DNA of 42,334 nucleotides from contig JBAXKC010000025.1 of the NCBI GenBank assembly GCA_037137535.1, positions 1 through 42,334 on the forward strand, in the 5' to 3' direction. Made by a program: the position numbers and the translations under genes. The notes beneath the pieces are model-generated. The model was not told where the DNA came from. It saw only the letters and a list, made by a program, of their open reading frames with translations, and ran no database searches. Source of the DNA: a bacterium (lineage in GTDB: Bacteria > Cyanobacteriota > Vampirovibrionia > Gastranaerophilales > JBAXKC01). Of the stretch, positions 1 through 10,007 are shown piece by piece; position 1 is the first letter of the stretch, and every line of letters begins with the position of its first letter.

Positions 1-64
1 CATTATAGACTCTATTTTACTGATTTTGTTTCATTTTTAACCAAACAGCTTCTAATTTATTTAT

Positions 65-1180
65 CTAAAAATTTTCCTCTAAAAAATTCCCTAAAATATT
101 TAACATGGGTTCAATGTTTTTTCTGCCAAACCCTAAACGGAAATTATTTCCCGAAAATCCATAAACAGAAGAAGGAAGAAGCATAAGCCCTTTTTCTTCA
201 ACAAGCTTCTTAGCAAAATCTGTAATGTTCATTTCTGCTTTTAATTCAGGAAATGCTATCGGACCTGCATTAGGTTGTTTCCATGTTAAAAATTCATTAT
301 ATTTATCAAAAAACGATTCAAGTATCACCAAATTACTTTTAATAATTTTTAAATTTCTTGAAATGATTTCATTTTTTGCCTTTAACGCAATTATTGCTAG
401 GATTTCACTTGGTGCAGAATTGCAAATTGTTGTATAATCCTTAAATTCTATAAATTTCTTCATTAATACTTTATTTTTTGTTGAAAGCCAACCTGTTCTT
501 AAACCAGGCAATGAAAAAGCTTTTGACATGCCAGACAAAGACACTCCATTTTCATATAAATCAGCCACCGCCTCTAATCTTTGAGCTTCATTATATTCAA
601 GCAATCTATACATTTCATCAGAAAAAATATAAATATTCTTTTTTCTTGCCAATTCAATAATCTCATTTAATGACTGCTTATCTATGGTTGCGCCTGTTGG
701 ATTATGAGGAAAATTCATAATAATTAATTTTGTTTTATCAGTTATCAAACTTTTTAAAGCTGAAACCTCAAAATTAAACCCATCCTTTATTTGTGGTGTC
801 CATTGACTGATATTACAGCCGATAGATTCTGCAATCTGATATAAAGATTGATAGGAAGGAAAAGTTGTAATTACATGATCATCTTTTTCCAAAATACAAT
901 TCATTGAAATAAATATACCTTCTTCAGGCACAAGTTCAATAATTTCATCCTGCTCAATATTTTTATATAAAGTTGATATTTCATTTCTTAACTTTGGGTG
1001 TCCTTGTGATTCCGTATAACCCAGCCATAAGTTTTCCCATAATTTTATAGTTTCATCATCAGAATACTCAAGTAATTCCTTTAATGTAAAAGGTTCGCAA
1101 TCTGAACAACTAAGCAAATAAGGAGCAGTAAATTCATATTTTGCAAAATATCTTTCAATTTGGAATGGTTTAATATTCAT
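65..1180 (-). CDS. PLP-dependent aminotransferase class I/II (capreomycidine synthase-like subfamily)
   Basis: Motifs NFPHNPTG, DEMY and SGMSKAFSLPGLRTGW (PLP lysine). Confidence 0.9.
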   Translation of the reverse strand: MNIKPFQIERYFAKYEFTAPYLLSCSDCEPFTLKELLEYSDDETIKLWENLWLGYTESQGHPKLRNEISTLYKNIEQDEIIELVPEEGIFISMNCILEKDDHVITTFPSYQSLYQIAESIGCNISQWTPQIKDGFNFEVSALKSLITDKTKLIIMNFPHNPTGATIDKQSLNEIIELARKKNIYIFSDEMYRLLEYNEAQRLEAVADLYENGVSLSGMSKAFSLPGLRTGWLSTKNKVLMKKFIEFKDYTTICNSAPSEILAIIALKAKNEIISRNLKIIKSNLVILESFFDKYNEFLTWKQPNAGPIAFPELKAEMNITDFAKKLVEEKGLMLLPSSVYGFSGNNFRLGFGRKNIEPMLNILGNFLEENF

Positions 1181-1373
1181 TGATATTACCTTTAAAATAA
1201 TTTATATATTTTGTTATTATAAATTAAAAATAAAAAATGAAAGTTAAGTTTAAAGCTTCTTGAAAAATTTTAAAGTTCAGAAAAAATAATTTAAAAGGGA
1301 CTTCACTTTTTATTGTGAATTATAAACAAATATGTTAAATTTAATCCAACAAAAAATTTAGTGAGTATAAAAA

Positions 1374-2570
1374 ATGAGAATAGCTGGGGCGGCAATATCA
1401 AATAAAAAATTTGATACGATTAATCAAACTTATATGTCGAACTTCACCAATAAAAAACCTCACAAATCAGTTTGCGTTAGTTTTAAAAATAACCAGTCTG
1501 TAATTCCAAGAGTTGCGGTTATTGACGAATTTAAAATTCCAACAATAGATATAAACTCAGACGGAATTAAAGATCTTCCCCACGGGTGTCTGGTAGAAGC
1601 GATAATTAAAAGTATTGTTAATGCAGATACCGTTGAATTTTCAAATAATAATAAAATTAAAATCCTTACTGATTTCATTCCCGAACAATTACAAAAAGTA
1701 GAAGAAGAAGGTAATTTTGATGCCGTAAACATATCGGCAGGTTTAAGCAAATCATTAAGAATACTTCGCAGTAAATTAAACATTCCTGAATTAAATAAAG
1801 ACAATCTTCATCGTTACAGAGAAGATATCAGACAATATTATCTTGATACTAAAGAAGACAATGTTTATAAAGTAATTGAGGCAGTAGAGAACGTAACAGC
1901 TAAAGGGATTCCAGTTTATTTTGCAGCAGGAAACAAAGGCTCTGATTATGTTAATTTATTTGGTGTGGCAAGAGGAGCAATTAACGTAGGTGCTGTAAAT
2001 ACAAAAAACGTAAAAGTAATTACCAGCGCTGAAAATTCAATGCTAGAGTATGACAGAGGAATTTATGGCGTTTCTAAAATACTCGATAAAATTGGAAATA
2101 TACTTGGATATAACGTAAGCGGAACAGATAAAGTTGAATTTACTCCAAATGAAATATCTTCTGGAAAGCCTCGAGTCGAGCAATACATAGGAAAATCAAT
2201 TAAAAACTTCTTAGCAAGCGCAAAAGAATATGAAATTAAAAAAATAAAAGAAAGTAATCCTTCAAGCATAGAAATTGATGAAAATACTTCAATTAAAGAC
2301 GCTTTATTCTCCGTAAAAGGTTTAGCTAAAAAAGATATATTAAAGCCGCAAGAACTAAACCTTTTATTAGCAAATGGCTATGACTATGTCACTTTCGACA
2401 ATAAATTACATTTTTCTATAGATAAAGATAAAAATATTCAATATGATCCTGATGGAAGCCACCGTCAAAACTTGGTAGGAGCCATAAGAGGTACATCTTT
2501 CGCTTCTCCTGCTGCATTAGCTCATGATTTGCTTAAGAACTTGAGAATTAAAAAACCTAAAACTAATTAG
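1374..2570 (+). CDS. S8 (subtilisin-like) serine peptidase, divergent, no Sec signal
   Basis: Catalytic motifs in order: VAVID (Asp), PHG (His), AAGN (oxyanion Asn), GTSFASP (Ser). Confidence 0.8.
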   Translation: MRIAGAAISNKKFDTINQTYMSNFTNKKPHKSVCVSFKNNQSVIPRVAVIDEFKIPTIDINSDGIKDLPHGCLVEAIIKSIVNADTVEFSNNNKIKILTDFIPEQLQKVEEEGNFDAVNISAGLSKSLRILRSKLNIPELNKDNLHRYREDIRQYYLDTKEDNVYKVIEAVENVTAKGIPVYFAAGNKGSDYVNLFGVARGAINVGAVNTKNVKVITSAENSMLEYDRGIYGVSKILDKIGNILGYNVSGTDKVEFTPNEISSGKPRVEQYIGKSIKNFLASAKEYEIKKIKESNPSSIEIDENTSIKDALFSVKGLAKKDILKPQELNLLLANGYDYVTFDNKLHFSIDKDKNIQYDPDGSHRQNLVGAIRGTSFASPAALAHDLLKNLRIKKPKTN

Positions 2571-2584
2571 AATAGGATTATAAA

Positions 2585-3865
2585 ATGAATATAGTGGGAT
2601 TATTAAATACTCATAATACTTATACAACAATAAAACCTAAAGAAAAAAACGAAAAAGTTTATCAGTTAAATAACAATGAAAAAGCCAATTCATCATCTGA
2701 GATTTCTATAAAAGAAGCTACTGTTATTTTTATGCAGGGAGCTGCTACTCAAATTAAAAATACAGCGTTATCAATTATTCATCATCCTATAAAGGTAGTC
2801 TCATCAATAGCTTTAACCTCCGCCGCCATAGCGGTTTTACCTATATTCGGAATTAGCATGGCTGTTGGTACTTCTACTTTATCGGTAGGGTTTCTTGTTC
2901 TGTCATCAATAAAATTAACTAAAGGTATAGCCCAAGGCATACACGATTATCAAAATAAAGATTACAATAATCTGCGGAAAGATATAAAAAATACCGGTGC
3001 TGATTCGGTTGATTTTGCTCTTGCTGCACCTTTTGCAAACGGCTCAATAAAAATGATAAACAGACAGTTAAAATATGGAAAAATAACCTTTAATAAATCC
3101 TTATGGGATAAAATAAAAGCCGAAAAAAGTATAAACAAAAAAATCATTGCTCTTATAGAAGAACAATACACCTTGACTTTTAACCAAATTTTAAAAGAAA
3201 GAAGTATTAAGCTTCAACCGAGATTGGAATTTGTTCATTTAAATAAAAACATGCAAGCGGTTGGCGGTTGGAATAATTCAGCAGCTACTATCAGCATTTA
3301 TGAAAACAATATACCGTTCAATCTGAAAAATTTTGGCGACATAAAAGAACGGACTAATATTATATATTTGCCTTATATAAAGGCATGCCTAAAAAAAATT
3401 AAAATTAATAATTTATCTCCGATAAAAGATATTGCAAAAACATGCAAAGACTTTATGAGTATGGCAAGCAGAAAATTAAATATATCAAGTATAGACAATA
3501 CAATTGCTCATGAATTAACACACATGGAACAATATATTAAAATTGCAAGAACAGAAGGACTCGGTATAGAAGCAATAAAACCAATGAATACCAAATTTTA
3601 TAAGGCCGCTGTTAAATCACTTGGAACAATAAAGAAAAATACTAAAGAAGCTGAACAGGCTCTTAAATATCTTGAAGCTAGAAAAAGTTATGTTTCAGTT
3701 AATCCTAAAGATTTTGAAAAATACTTAGACTCATATCCTAAATATAGAGCTAATTTATTAGAACAAGAAGCTTTTAAAGTAGGAGATGATTATACGAGAC
3801 TAAGAGCAAATATTCCACTCAATTATATTCAAGAAATGAATTTAGTTTCTACGAACGACAGATAA
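2585..3865 (+). CDS. Putative zinc metallopeptidase (HExxH) with N-terminal hydrophobic hairpin
   Basis: IAHELTHMEQ plus downstream LEQEAF (gluzincin-like third ligand); hydrophobic stretch at about aa 70-110. Confidence 0.6.
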   Translation: MNIVGLLNTHNTYTTIKPKEKNEKVYQLNNNEKANSSSEISIKEATVIFMQGAATQIKNTALSIIHHPIKVVSSIALTSAAIAVLPIFGISMAVGTSTLSVGFLVLSSIKLTKGIAQGIHDYQNKDYNNLRKDIKNTGADSVDFALAAPFANGSIKMINRQLKYGKITFNKSLWDKIKAEKSINKKIIALIEEQYTLTFNQILKERSIKLQPRLEFVHLNKNMQAVGGWNNSAATISIYENNIPFNLKNFGDIKERTNIIYLPYIKACLKKIKINNLSPIKDIAKTCKDFMSMASRKLNISSIDNTIAHELTHMEQYIKIARTEGLGIEAIKPMNTKFYKAAVKSLGTIKKNTKEAEQALKYLEARKSYVSVNPKDFEKYLDSYPKYRANLLEQEAFKVGDDYTRLRANIPLNYIQEMNLVSTNDR

Positions 3866-3895
3866 AATCAATAAATACCCGATAAAGTTCAACAC

Positions 3896-4010
3896 TGATA
3901 TGAGCCCAAAAACTGGACAGGTTACTAATCAAGAAGAAGATAATCTCTCTATTGAACAGAAGTTATTTTCTTTAACTATCTGTTTTTATATAAAATTGAT
4001 ATTTCATGTC
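3896..4010 (-). mobile_element. Decayed IS3-family (IS150-like) right end: terminal inverted repeat plus transposase C-terminal remnant
   Basis: TGATATGAGCCCAAAAACTGGACAG (3896-3920) resembles IS3-family TG-initiated IRs. The minus strand reads LKKITSVQ*RDYLLLD*, resembling the IS3 OrfB tail LKKMTPVQYRxxLL with an in-frame stop. Confidence 0.55.
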
Positions 4011-4090
4011 TTAACTTTGTAAATATTAAATGAATAATGAAAATTAGAACATCAATGAGCAATCTTTATAGCTTTACAATTTCAAGCTAT

Positions 4091-5215
4091 TTAAGAAATA
4101 ACAGCCAATCCCTTTTTAATCAAATCAAAATTAATATCATTAAAAATCTCAACGTCACCATAGCCGACAGGAACAACAAAACGTATTTTTCCGCTTTCTA
4201 CTTTTTTATCAAGAGTCATTGCATCTGCTAATTGTTCTGAAGATAAATTTTCGGGTAATTTATAATTTAAACCATAATCTTTTATTAGTTTTAAGCCTTG
4301 CTCATAATATTTAGAGTCGATTAATCCTCGCTCTTTTGCAATTTCAATTATGCCAACCATACCCATAGCAACTGCCTGACCATGAGTAAAAGCCTTATAA
4401 CCTGTGCATTTCTCGATTGAATGTCCGATAGTATGCCCAAAGTTCAATATTGCCCTTAATCCTGTTTCTTTTTCATCTTGATTAACGACAGAGGCCTTTA
4501 ATTTACAGCAATATTCAACAAGCGTTTCCATTGTAGCAGGTTCTAAGTTATAAATATTTTCACAATTATTTTGTAAAAATTCTATTAAATTCAAATTCTC
4601 TTCTTGAAGTCCACAACTTTCTTCGATAAAACCATATTTTAAAACCTCCGCAAGGCCTGTTTTAAAATCTTCAACAGAAAGAGTTGTTAATGTTTTTAAA
4701 TCCGTATAAACAAATTTAGGTTGATAAAAAGCCCCTATAAGATTTTTACCAAGTTTATGGTTTACAGCAACCTTTCCGCCAACCGAAGAATCCACTTGAG
4801 CAAGCAAAGTTGTAGGAACTTGAATAAAATCAACGCCTCGCAAATAACTTGCCGCAGCATATCCTGTAATATCACCAACAACACCGCCGCCTAAAGCAAT
4901 AAAAGCATCTTTTCTTTCAAATTTTAACTCGATAGCTTTACTTAAAATAGCTTCAAAAGTTTCAAAGCTTTTATGCTCTTCGCCATCGCCCATGATAAAG
5001 ACTTCTGACTTAATTCCAAATTTCTCAAGCGAAGCAATAACTTCTTTACCATATAAATCAAAAACTGTTCTGTTAGAAATAATAAAAACTCTTGAAGCCT
5101 TTGTATATTGACGTAAAGCCTCGGCAAAATCAGCTAAAATATTATAACCAAAGATTATTGGATAAGAATAAGCATTTACCGCAGGAATTTCAACATTAAG
5201 CACTCTGTTTTTCAT
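4091..5215 (-). CDS. aroB: 3-dehydroquinate synthase
   Basis: GGGVVGD, PTTLLAQVDSSVGGK, LNFGHTIGH; ATG at 5215 chosen over the upstream alternative at 5224. Confidence 0.97.
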   Translation of the reverse strand: MKNRVLNVEIPAVNAYSYPIIFGYNILADFAEALRQYTKASRVFIISNRTVFDLYGKEVIASLEKFGIKSEVFIMGDGEEHKSFETFEAILSKAIELKFERKDAFIALGGGVVGDITGYAAASYLRGVDFIQVPTTLLAQVDSSVGGKVAVNHKLGKNLIGAFYQPKFVYTDLKTLTTLSVEDFKTGLAEVLKYGFIEESCGLQEENLNLIEFLQNNCENIYNLEPATMETLVEYCCKLKASVVNQDEKETGLRAILNFGHTIGHSIEKCTGYKAFTHGQAVAMGMVGIIEIAKERGLIDSKYYEQGLKLIKDYGLNYKLPENLSSEQLADAMTLDKKVESGKIRFVVPVGYGDVEIFNDINFDLIKKGLAVIS

Positions 5216-5711
5216 AAGCTTCAATTATTTCTCCAACTATTTTATCAGGATTTTTATTATCGGTTTCTATTGTTATATCAGCTAAAAAATACTTATTTTC
5301 ACGTTTTTCAAGCAAGCCTTTTAAAGTTTCATAAGGATTCTCTGTCTTTAAAAGCGGTCTGTCCGACTGATTTTTTAATCTTTCATAAAGGGTTTGCACT
5401 GAAGTTTTTAAATAAAATACTATTCCGTTTTGTTTTAAATATTCCAAATTTCCAGAACGTTCAACGATTCCGCCGCCTGTTGAAATAATACAATCAAAAT
5501 CAGCTGAAACTTCTTTTATAAGTTGAGTTTCAATCTCTCTAAAATAGGCTTCGCCACTTTGGGCAAAAATTTCATTAATTGAACGCTCTTCTTTTTGAAC
5601 AATTAAACTATCCGTATCAATAAACTTCATTTTGAGTTTATCTGATAAAATAGCTGCAACTGTACTTTTTCCGCATCCCATCAGACCGATTAAAACAACA
5701 TTTTTTGCCAT
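5196..5711 (-). CDS. aroK: Shikimate kinase
   Basis: GLMGCGKST P-loop, GEAYFRE, STGGG, RPLL. Confidence 0.96.
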   Translation of the reverse strand: MAKNVVLIGLMGCGKSTVAAILSDKLKMKFIDTDSLIVQKEERSINEIFAQSGEAYFREIETQLIKEVSADFDCIISTGGGIVERSGNLEYLKQNGIVFYLKTSVQTLYERLKNQSDRPLLKTENPYETLKGLLEKRENKYFLADITIETDNKNPDKIVGEIIEAYEKQSA

Positions 5712-5712
5712 T

Positions 5713-6909
5713 TTATCTGCTCTGATACATTTTTAAATAATTATCATAATTATTTTTTATTTCTGTATAACTATCTCCACCAAACTTATCAAGAAAAGCT
5801 TCGAGTAATACAATTGCAAGCATTGCTTCACCGACAACAGCAGCAGCAGGAACAGCGCAAACATCAGATCTTTCATAATGAGCCACATGAGCTTCACCAT
5901 CTTCAAGATTGATTGAGTTCAAAGGCTTAATCATTGTAGGAATGGCTTTCATCGCAGCTCTAAGAACAATTGGCATACCGTTTGACATTCCGCCCTCAAT
6001 GCCGCCTGCATTGTTTGTTTTTCTAATATAGTCAGACCTGTTTTCTTTAGGATAAATCTCATCGTGCATCATTGAACCAAACAATTCTGCGGCTTTTTCG
6101 CCTGCTCCGATTGCTACGGATTTAATTGCAGGAATACTCATAATAGCTTGAGCAACTTTTGCATCGAGCTTCCTGTCCCAATGAACAAAACTGCCTAAAC
6201 CAACAGGAACTCCGATTGCTACAATTTCAAACAATCCACCAAGACTGTCACCCTGTTCTTTTGCCTTATCAATTTCAAGCTTCATTGCAATTTCAGCGTT
6301 TTTATCAGCACATCTTACTTCTGAATTTTCTGTTATTTCTTTTAACTCTTTAAAAGAGTGAGTAATATTTTTTGAATCAGCAACAGCATTTCCAATTTGT
6401 AAAACATGCCCGACAATATTAATTCCGAAACTTTTAAGAACACTTTTTGCAAAGCCTCCGACGGCAACTCTAATTGCAGTTTCTCTAGCACTAGAGCGTT
6501 CAAGAATATTTCTTACATCTTCATGGTTATACTTTAAAGCACCGGATAAGTCAGCATGTCCCGGTCTTACATGAGTAATTTTTCTTTTATTAACTGCTTC
6601 CTTAATTTCAGAATTATCCATATCCACAGGCAAAGGAGACATAGGGACTTCCCAATTTTCCCAATCCTTGTTCTGAACCCAAAGACAAACAGGAGCACCT
6701 GTTGTATATCCATGCCTTAATCCTGCAAAAAACTTGACGGTATCATTCTCAATAAGCATTCTTCCGCCACGTCCATAGCCTTTTTGCCTTCTTGAAAGCT
6801 GAAAATTAATATCATCAGGATTGATTTCAAAGCCCGCAGGAATACCCTCTAAAATAGCAGTTAAACCCTGCCCATGTGATTCACCCGACATTAAAAATCT
6901 AAAACTCAT
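5713..6909 (-). CDS. aroC: Chorismate synthase
   Basis: GESHG, RPGHAD, RSSARET, GGIEGGMSNG, RSDVC. Confidence 0.98.
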   Translation of the reverse strand: MSFRFLMSGESHGQGLTAILEGIPAGFEINPDDINFQLSRRQKGYGRGGRMLIENDTVKFFAGLRHGYTTGAPVCLWVQNKDWENWEVPMSPLPVDMDNSEIKEAVNKRKITHVRPGHADLSGALKYNHEDVRNILERSSARETAIRVAVGGFAKSVLKSFGINIVGHVLQIGNAVADSKNITHSFKELKEITENSEVRCADKNAEIAMKLEIDKAKEQGDSLGGLFEIVAIGVPVGLGSFVHWDRKLDAKVAQAIMSIPAIKSVAIGAGEKAAELFGSMMHDEIYPKENRSDYIRKTNNAGGIEGGMSNGMPIVLRAAMKAIPTMIKPLNSINLEDGEAHVAHYERSDVCAVPAAAVVGEAMLAIVLLEAFLDKFGGDSYTEIKNNYDNYLKMYQSR

Positions 6910-6941
6910 GATATTTTATCCTCGCAAAAAGCTATTTTGAA

Positions 6942-8006
6942 TTATGATAATTGATTGGCAATTGCATTATAGACATCGTCTATACTTACTCTAAGACATT
7001 TAATTTCATCGCAGGAAGTTTGCCTTTTATCCCACAAACAAGGTCTGCATTCGGCAGAAGGATTTCTTACCGCAACAAAACGGCTATCATAAAGCGGTAA
7101 TAATTTATTTTCGTCAGTAGGACCGAAAATACTGACAACAGCAGTTCTTACTCCAACTCCAACATGCATTGGAGCAGAATCAACACAAACCAATAAATCA
7201 GATAAACGAATTACAGCCGCTAATTGACCTATATTTTTTGTAGATCCATATAAATCAATTATATCTTCACTGTTTAAAATATCTTTGCCAAGTGATTCTC
7301 TGATATAAGAAATAACTTCATAATCATCAGGTCCACCTGTTAATATTACTTTGTATTTATCTGAGTCTAAAAGTTTTCTGATTAAATCACTCCAGTTTTC
7401 ATTCTTCCAGAATTTAATCATTTTCTTGTTTACACTTAGTTTGCTTACACCGGGATGCACGACAACAAGACTTTTCTCATGGTCAACACCTATTGCATTT
7501 TTAGCCCAGACAATATCTTCAGATCTTACATCTATTTCAGGGATTTCAGGATGCAACTCATTATCTATTGCTTTAACCAAATCAAAATACATATCGGCAG
7601 CATATTTATTTTTCTCTAATTTAGCTGTTTTAGAAAGTAAAATTCTACTTAATAAGCCTGTATTATACCCGTATCTTTTTCTTGAACCTGTTAAAAACAG
7701 TAATATAGATACCATTTGAGAACTACCCGAAGCTAAAGCTATTTTATAGCCTCGCCCCCAGACTTTTGTCAAAAGCTTAAACATTTCAATATATTTGTTT
7801 TTACCTTTAATATCACAAACGATTACTTTATCTATATTTTCATTAAGATCAATCGCTGCTTTACTTCTCGGCTCTGTCACAAGAGTAATTCTTGAATTAG
7901 GATAAAGTCCCTTTAACGCTTTTACAACAGGAAAAAATAAAATTTCATCCCCTAATCCGCCAAAATTAAATACAAGTATTTTAGTTTTCTTATTAAGCTT
8001 CTTCAT
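6942..8006 (-). CDS. Glycosyltransferase family 9 (LPS heptosyltransferase-like)
   Basis: GGLGD, HPG, DSAPMH, FGPT and C-terminal CRPC...C motifs. Confidence 0.9.
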   Translation of the reverse strand: MKKLNKKTKILVFNFGGLGDEILFFPVVKALKGLYPNSRITLVTEPRSKAAIDLNENIDKVIVCDIKGKNKYIEMFKLLTKVWGRGYKIALASGSSQMVSILLFLTGSRKRYGYNTGLLSRILLSKTAKLEKNKYAADMYFDLVKAIDNELHPEIPEIDVRSEDIVWAKNAIGVDHEKSLVVVHPGVSKLSVNKKMIKFWKNENWSDLIRKLLDSDKYKVILTGGPDDYEVISYIRESLGKDILNSEDIIDLYGSTKNIGQLAAVIRLSDLLVCVDSAPMHVGVGVRTAVVSIFGPTDENKLLPLYDSRFVAVRNPSAECRPCLWDKRQTSCDEIKCLRVSIDDVYNAIANQLS

Positions 8007-9441
8007 TTCTGTAACCTTTATGTGTAATAACAGCCAAAATAGAAACCGAAAGCCAGAAAATCATATTAACCTGCGGTCTAAACCAAATAGTATCAAACAT
8101 TCCATGTACAAGCATTCCTGTAATTGCAAGAATACAACTTGAAATAATTATCTTATTTTCTATAGGAATTGAAGAGATAACAGCTTTTATACTTTTAATA
8201 AAAGAAATTGCAAAAATCCAGACAAATGCAAACAATCCGAAAAGCCCCATCTCGGTAAATATCTCAAGTAAAATATTATAAGCACTTAACGCATCATAAC
8301 CTGTAACCATATAAAGCCCATAAGTGAGTCTAAATGTCTTATTGCCCGTCCCAATACCGATAAGCCAATTATCCATAGCCATTTTAAAAGTTGAAAGATA
8401 CACATTAAATCGGAATGAATTACTGCTATCACCTCTTGAGGCAAAAATAGAACCAATCCTATGCTGAATCGCACTTGATGAAGCAATTCCGCCTAAAACA
8501 CCTAAAACACCCAACATAATTGAATACTTCCAGCTATATTTCAGTATTTTATTATCACTGTATTCGTTATAAATAATATGCCCCGATATAGCGGTAAACA
8601 CAGCGAGCATAGCTGCTGTTGCAATATAAGCACCTCTTGAGCCTGTAAAGACAATAGCCGCAAGAATAGTTAATACTGAAACAAACGAAATTATTGAAAG
8701 TCTGACATTTTTACGTTTAAGGAATAAAAAAGCAAGTCCCAATGAGGAAGGGAATGTCGCTACAAGATAACCTGCAAGTAAATTAGGATTATACGGTTTT
8801 AACGAACCGTAAACTCTATCCATCAAGTCTTCAGGATTAGAATTTGATCTGTCCTGCCAACCTGCTAAAGGTTCTATACCGACAATTTGCTGATGTATCG
8901 CATATATAGATTCACAGGAAGAAGTAAGAGCTAAAACGCACATAAAATATATAATTCTTCTTGGATTTCCTTTTAATACATTTACAAAAGCGATATAACC
9001 GCCAAAGTAAACTAACATCTTTATATATCCTTTAATACTAGGGACTAACAAAGATGAAAAAGCGACACTTAATGCTGCTATTGATATATAAAGTAATATT
9101 GGAGCATCAAAACCTGTTATTAAAGGTCGTTCTCCTTTAACAAGCAAAAGTTTTGCAAGATAAGCAAGAAAAGCCAATAATACAAACCCACCGATAATAC
9201 CCGTTGAAGTAACGGGTATAGAAGCTAAAGCCAAGGTAAGCAAGGTTATAATTGCATAATCAATAAATTTAAGTAAAAAGCTATCTTTTACTATTTCATG
9301 AAAACAGCTTTGAACTTTATCAATTACTTTATCTAAGGTCTTAACTACAATTGAGTCATTTTTAATTTCATTTAACTTGAGTTCATCGACATCAAGTTTA
9401 TTAATCGCCTTAACGATTAGGGAAGTTTCTATAGCTTTCAT
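7993..9441 (-). CDS. IctB-like O-antigen ligase/Wzy_C family membrane protein
   Basis: Polytopic; RVYG..NPNLLAGY, TGSRG, DSSNSFRFNV, GIGTGN..F, ALSAY, HGMFDTIWFRP resemble cyanobacterial IctB. Confidence 0.8.
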   Translation of the reverse strand: MKAIETSLIVKAINKLDVDELKLNEIKNDSIVVKTLDKVIDKVQSCFHEIVKDSFLLKFIDYAIITLLTLALASIPVTSTGIIGGFVLLAFLAYLAKLLLVKGERPLITGFDAPILLYISIAALSVAFSSLLVPSIKGYIKMLVYFGGYIAFVNVLKGNPRRIIYFMCVLALTSSCESIYAIHQQIVGIEPLAGWQDRSNSNPEDLMDRVYGSLKPYNPNLLAGYLVATFPSSLGLAFLFLKRKNVRLSIISFVSVLTILAAIVFTGSRGAYIATAAMLAVFTAISGHIIYNEYSDNKILKYSWKYSIMLGVLGVLGGIASSSAIQHRIGSIFASRGDSSNSFRFNVYLSTFKMAMDNWLIGIGTGNKTFRLTYGLYMVTGYDALSAYNILLEIFTEMGLFGLFAFVWIFAISFIKSIKAVISSIPIENKIIISSCILAITGMLVHGMFDTIWFRPQVNMIFWLSVSILAVITHKGYRNEEA

Positions 9442-9465
9442 AAATAAATCTTTTTATTCTGTTAT

Positions 9466-9975
9466 TTAATATCTAACATCAGTAACAACGCCATTGATTC
9501 TATATTTCTCGCCTTCGAGAGAAACAATAAGACCAATTTTAACTTTATTTCCACCAATAATAGGACCGTCTTTTGTTATTAAAGCGTTATCTTTTAATGT
9601 TACTAAGAAATCATATGAATTTGTTTCAGACACATTAGGAACTGACAACAGCCTTGCAGGATTTTTGGGATCAGGAATAACTGTCATAATAGGAGTCTTA
9701 ACTGCCTTTACAACTTCAAGTGCTGTATATGGTACATTTCTTATGGTAATAAAAGATTTACCGCCTGCTTTAAACAAATCGGAATTATTTGAAAGTTTAA
9801 CTCCTCTTAATGAAACATCAAATTGAATTGATTCTTTTTTCTCAATCATTTTCTTAGATGTGATGAATTTACCTGATTTCACAAGGTAAACACCTAAAAC
9901 ACCAAGAACAACAAAACACATGATTAAAAAATCAATTACATTTACAAGACCAAATAATTTTCCGTTTTTAAACAC
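9466..9975 (-). CDS. DUF4330-like membrane-anchored protein
   Basis: N-terminal GKLFGLVNVID followed by a TM helix; IRNVP and GNKVKIG motifs; GTG start with GGAG RBS. Confidence 0.7.
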   Translation of the reverse strand: MFKNGKLFGLVNVIDFLIMCFVVLGVLGVYLVKSGKFITSKKMIEKKESIQFDVSLRGVKLSNNSDLFKAGGKSFITIRNVPYTALEVVKAVKTPIMTVIPDPKNPARLLSVPNVSETNSYDFLVTLKDNALITKDGPIIGGNKVKIGLIVSLEGEKYRINGVVTDVRY

Positions 9976-10007
9976 TTTTTATTTCTCCTCCCAGAGATTT
10001 TTTTAAA

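Noticed and set aside
65-1180. Capreomycidine/NRPS biosynthetic cluster
   Set aside because: No biosynthetic genes are adjacent within the window, and this aminotransferase subfamily is widespread.
4037-4231. 64-aa plus-strand ORF
   Set aside because: Mostly antisense to the aroB 3' end, with no RBS.
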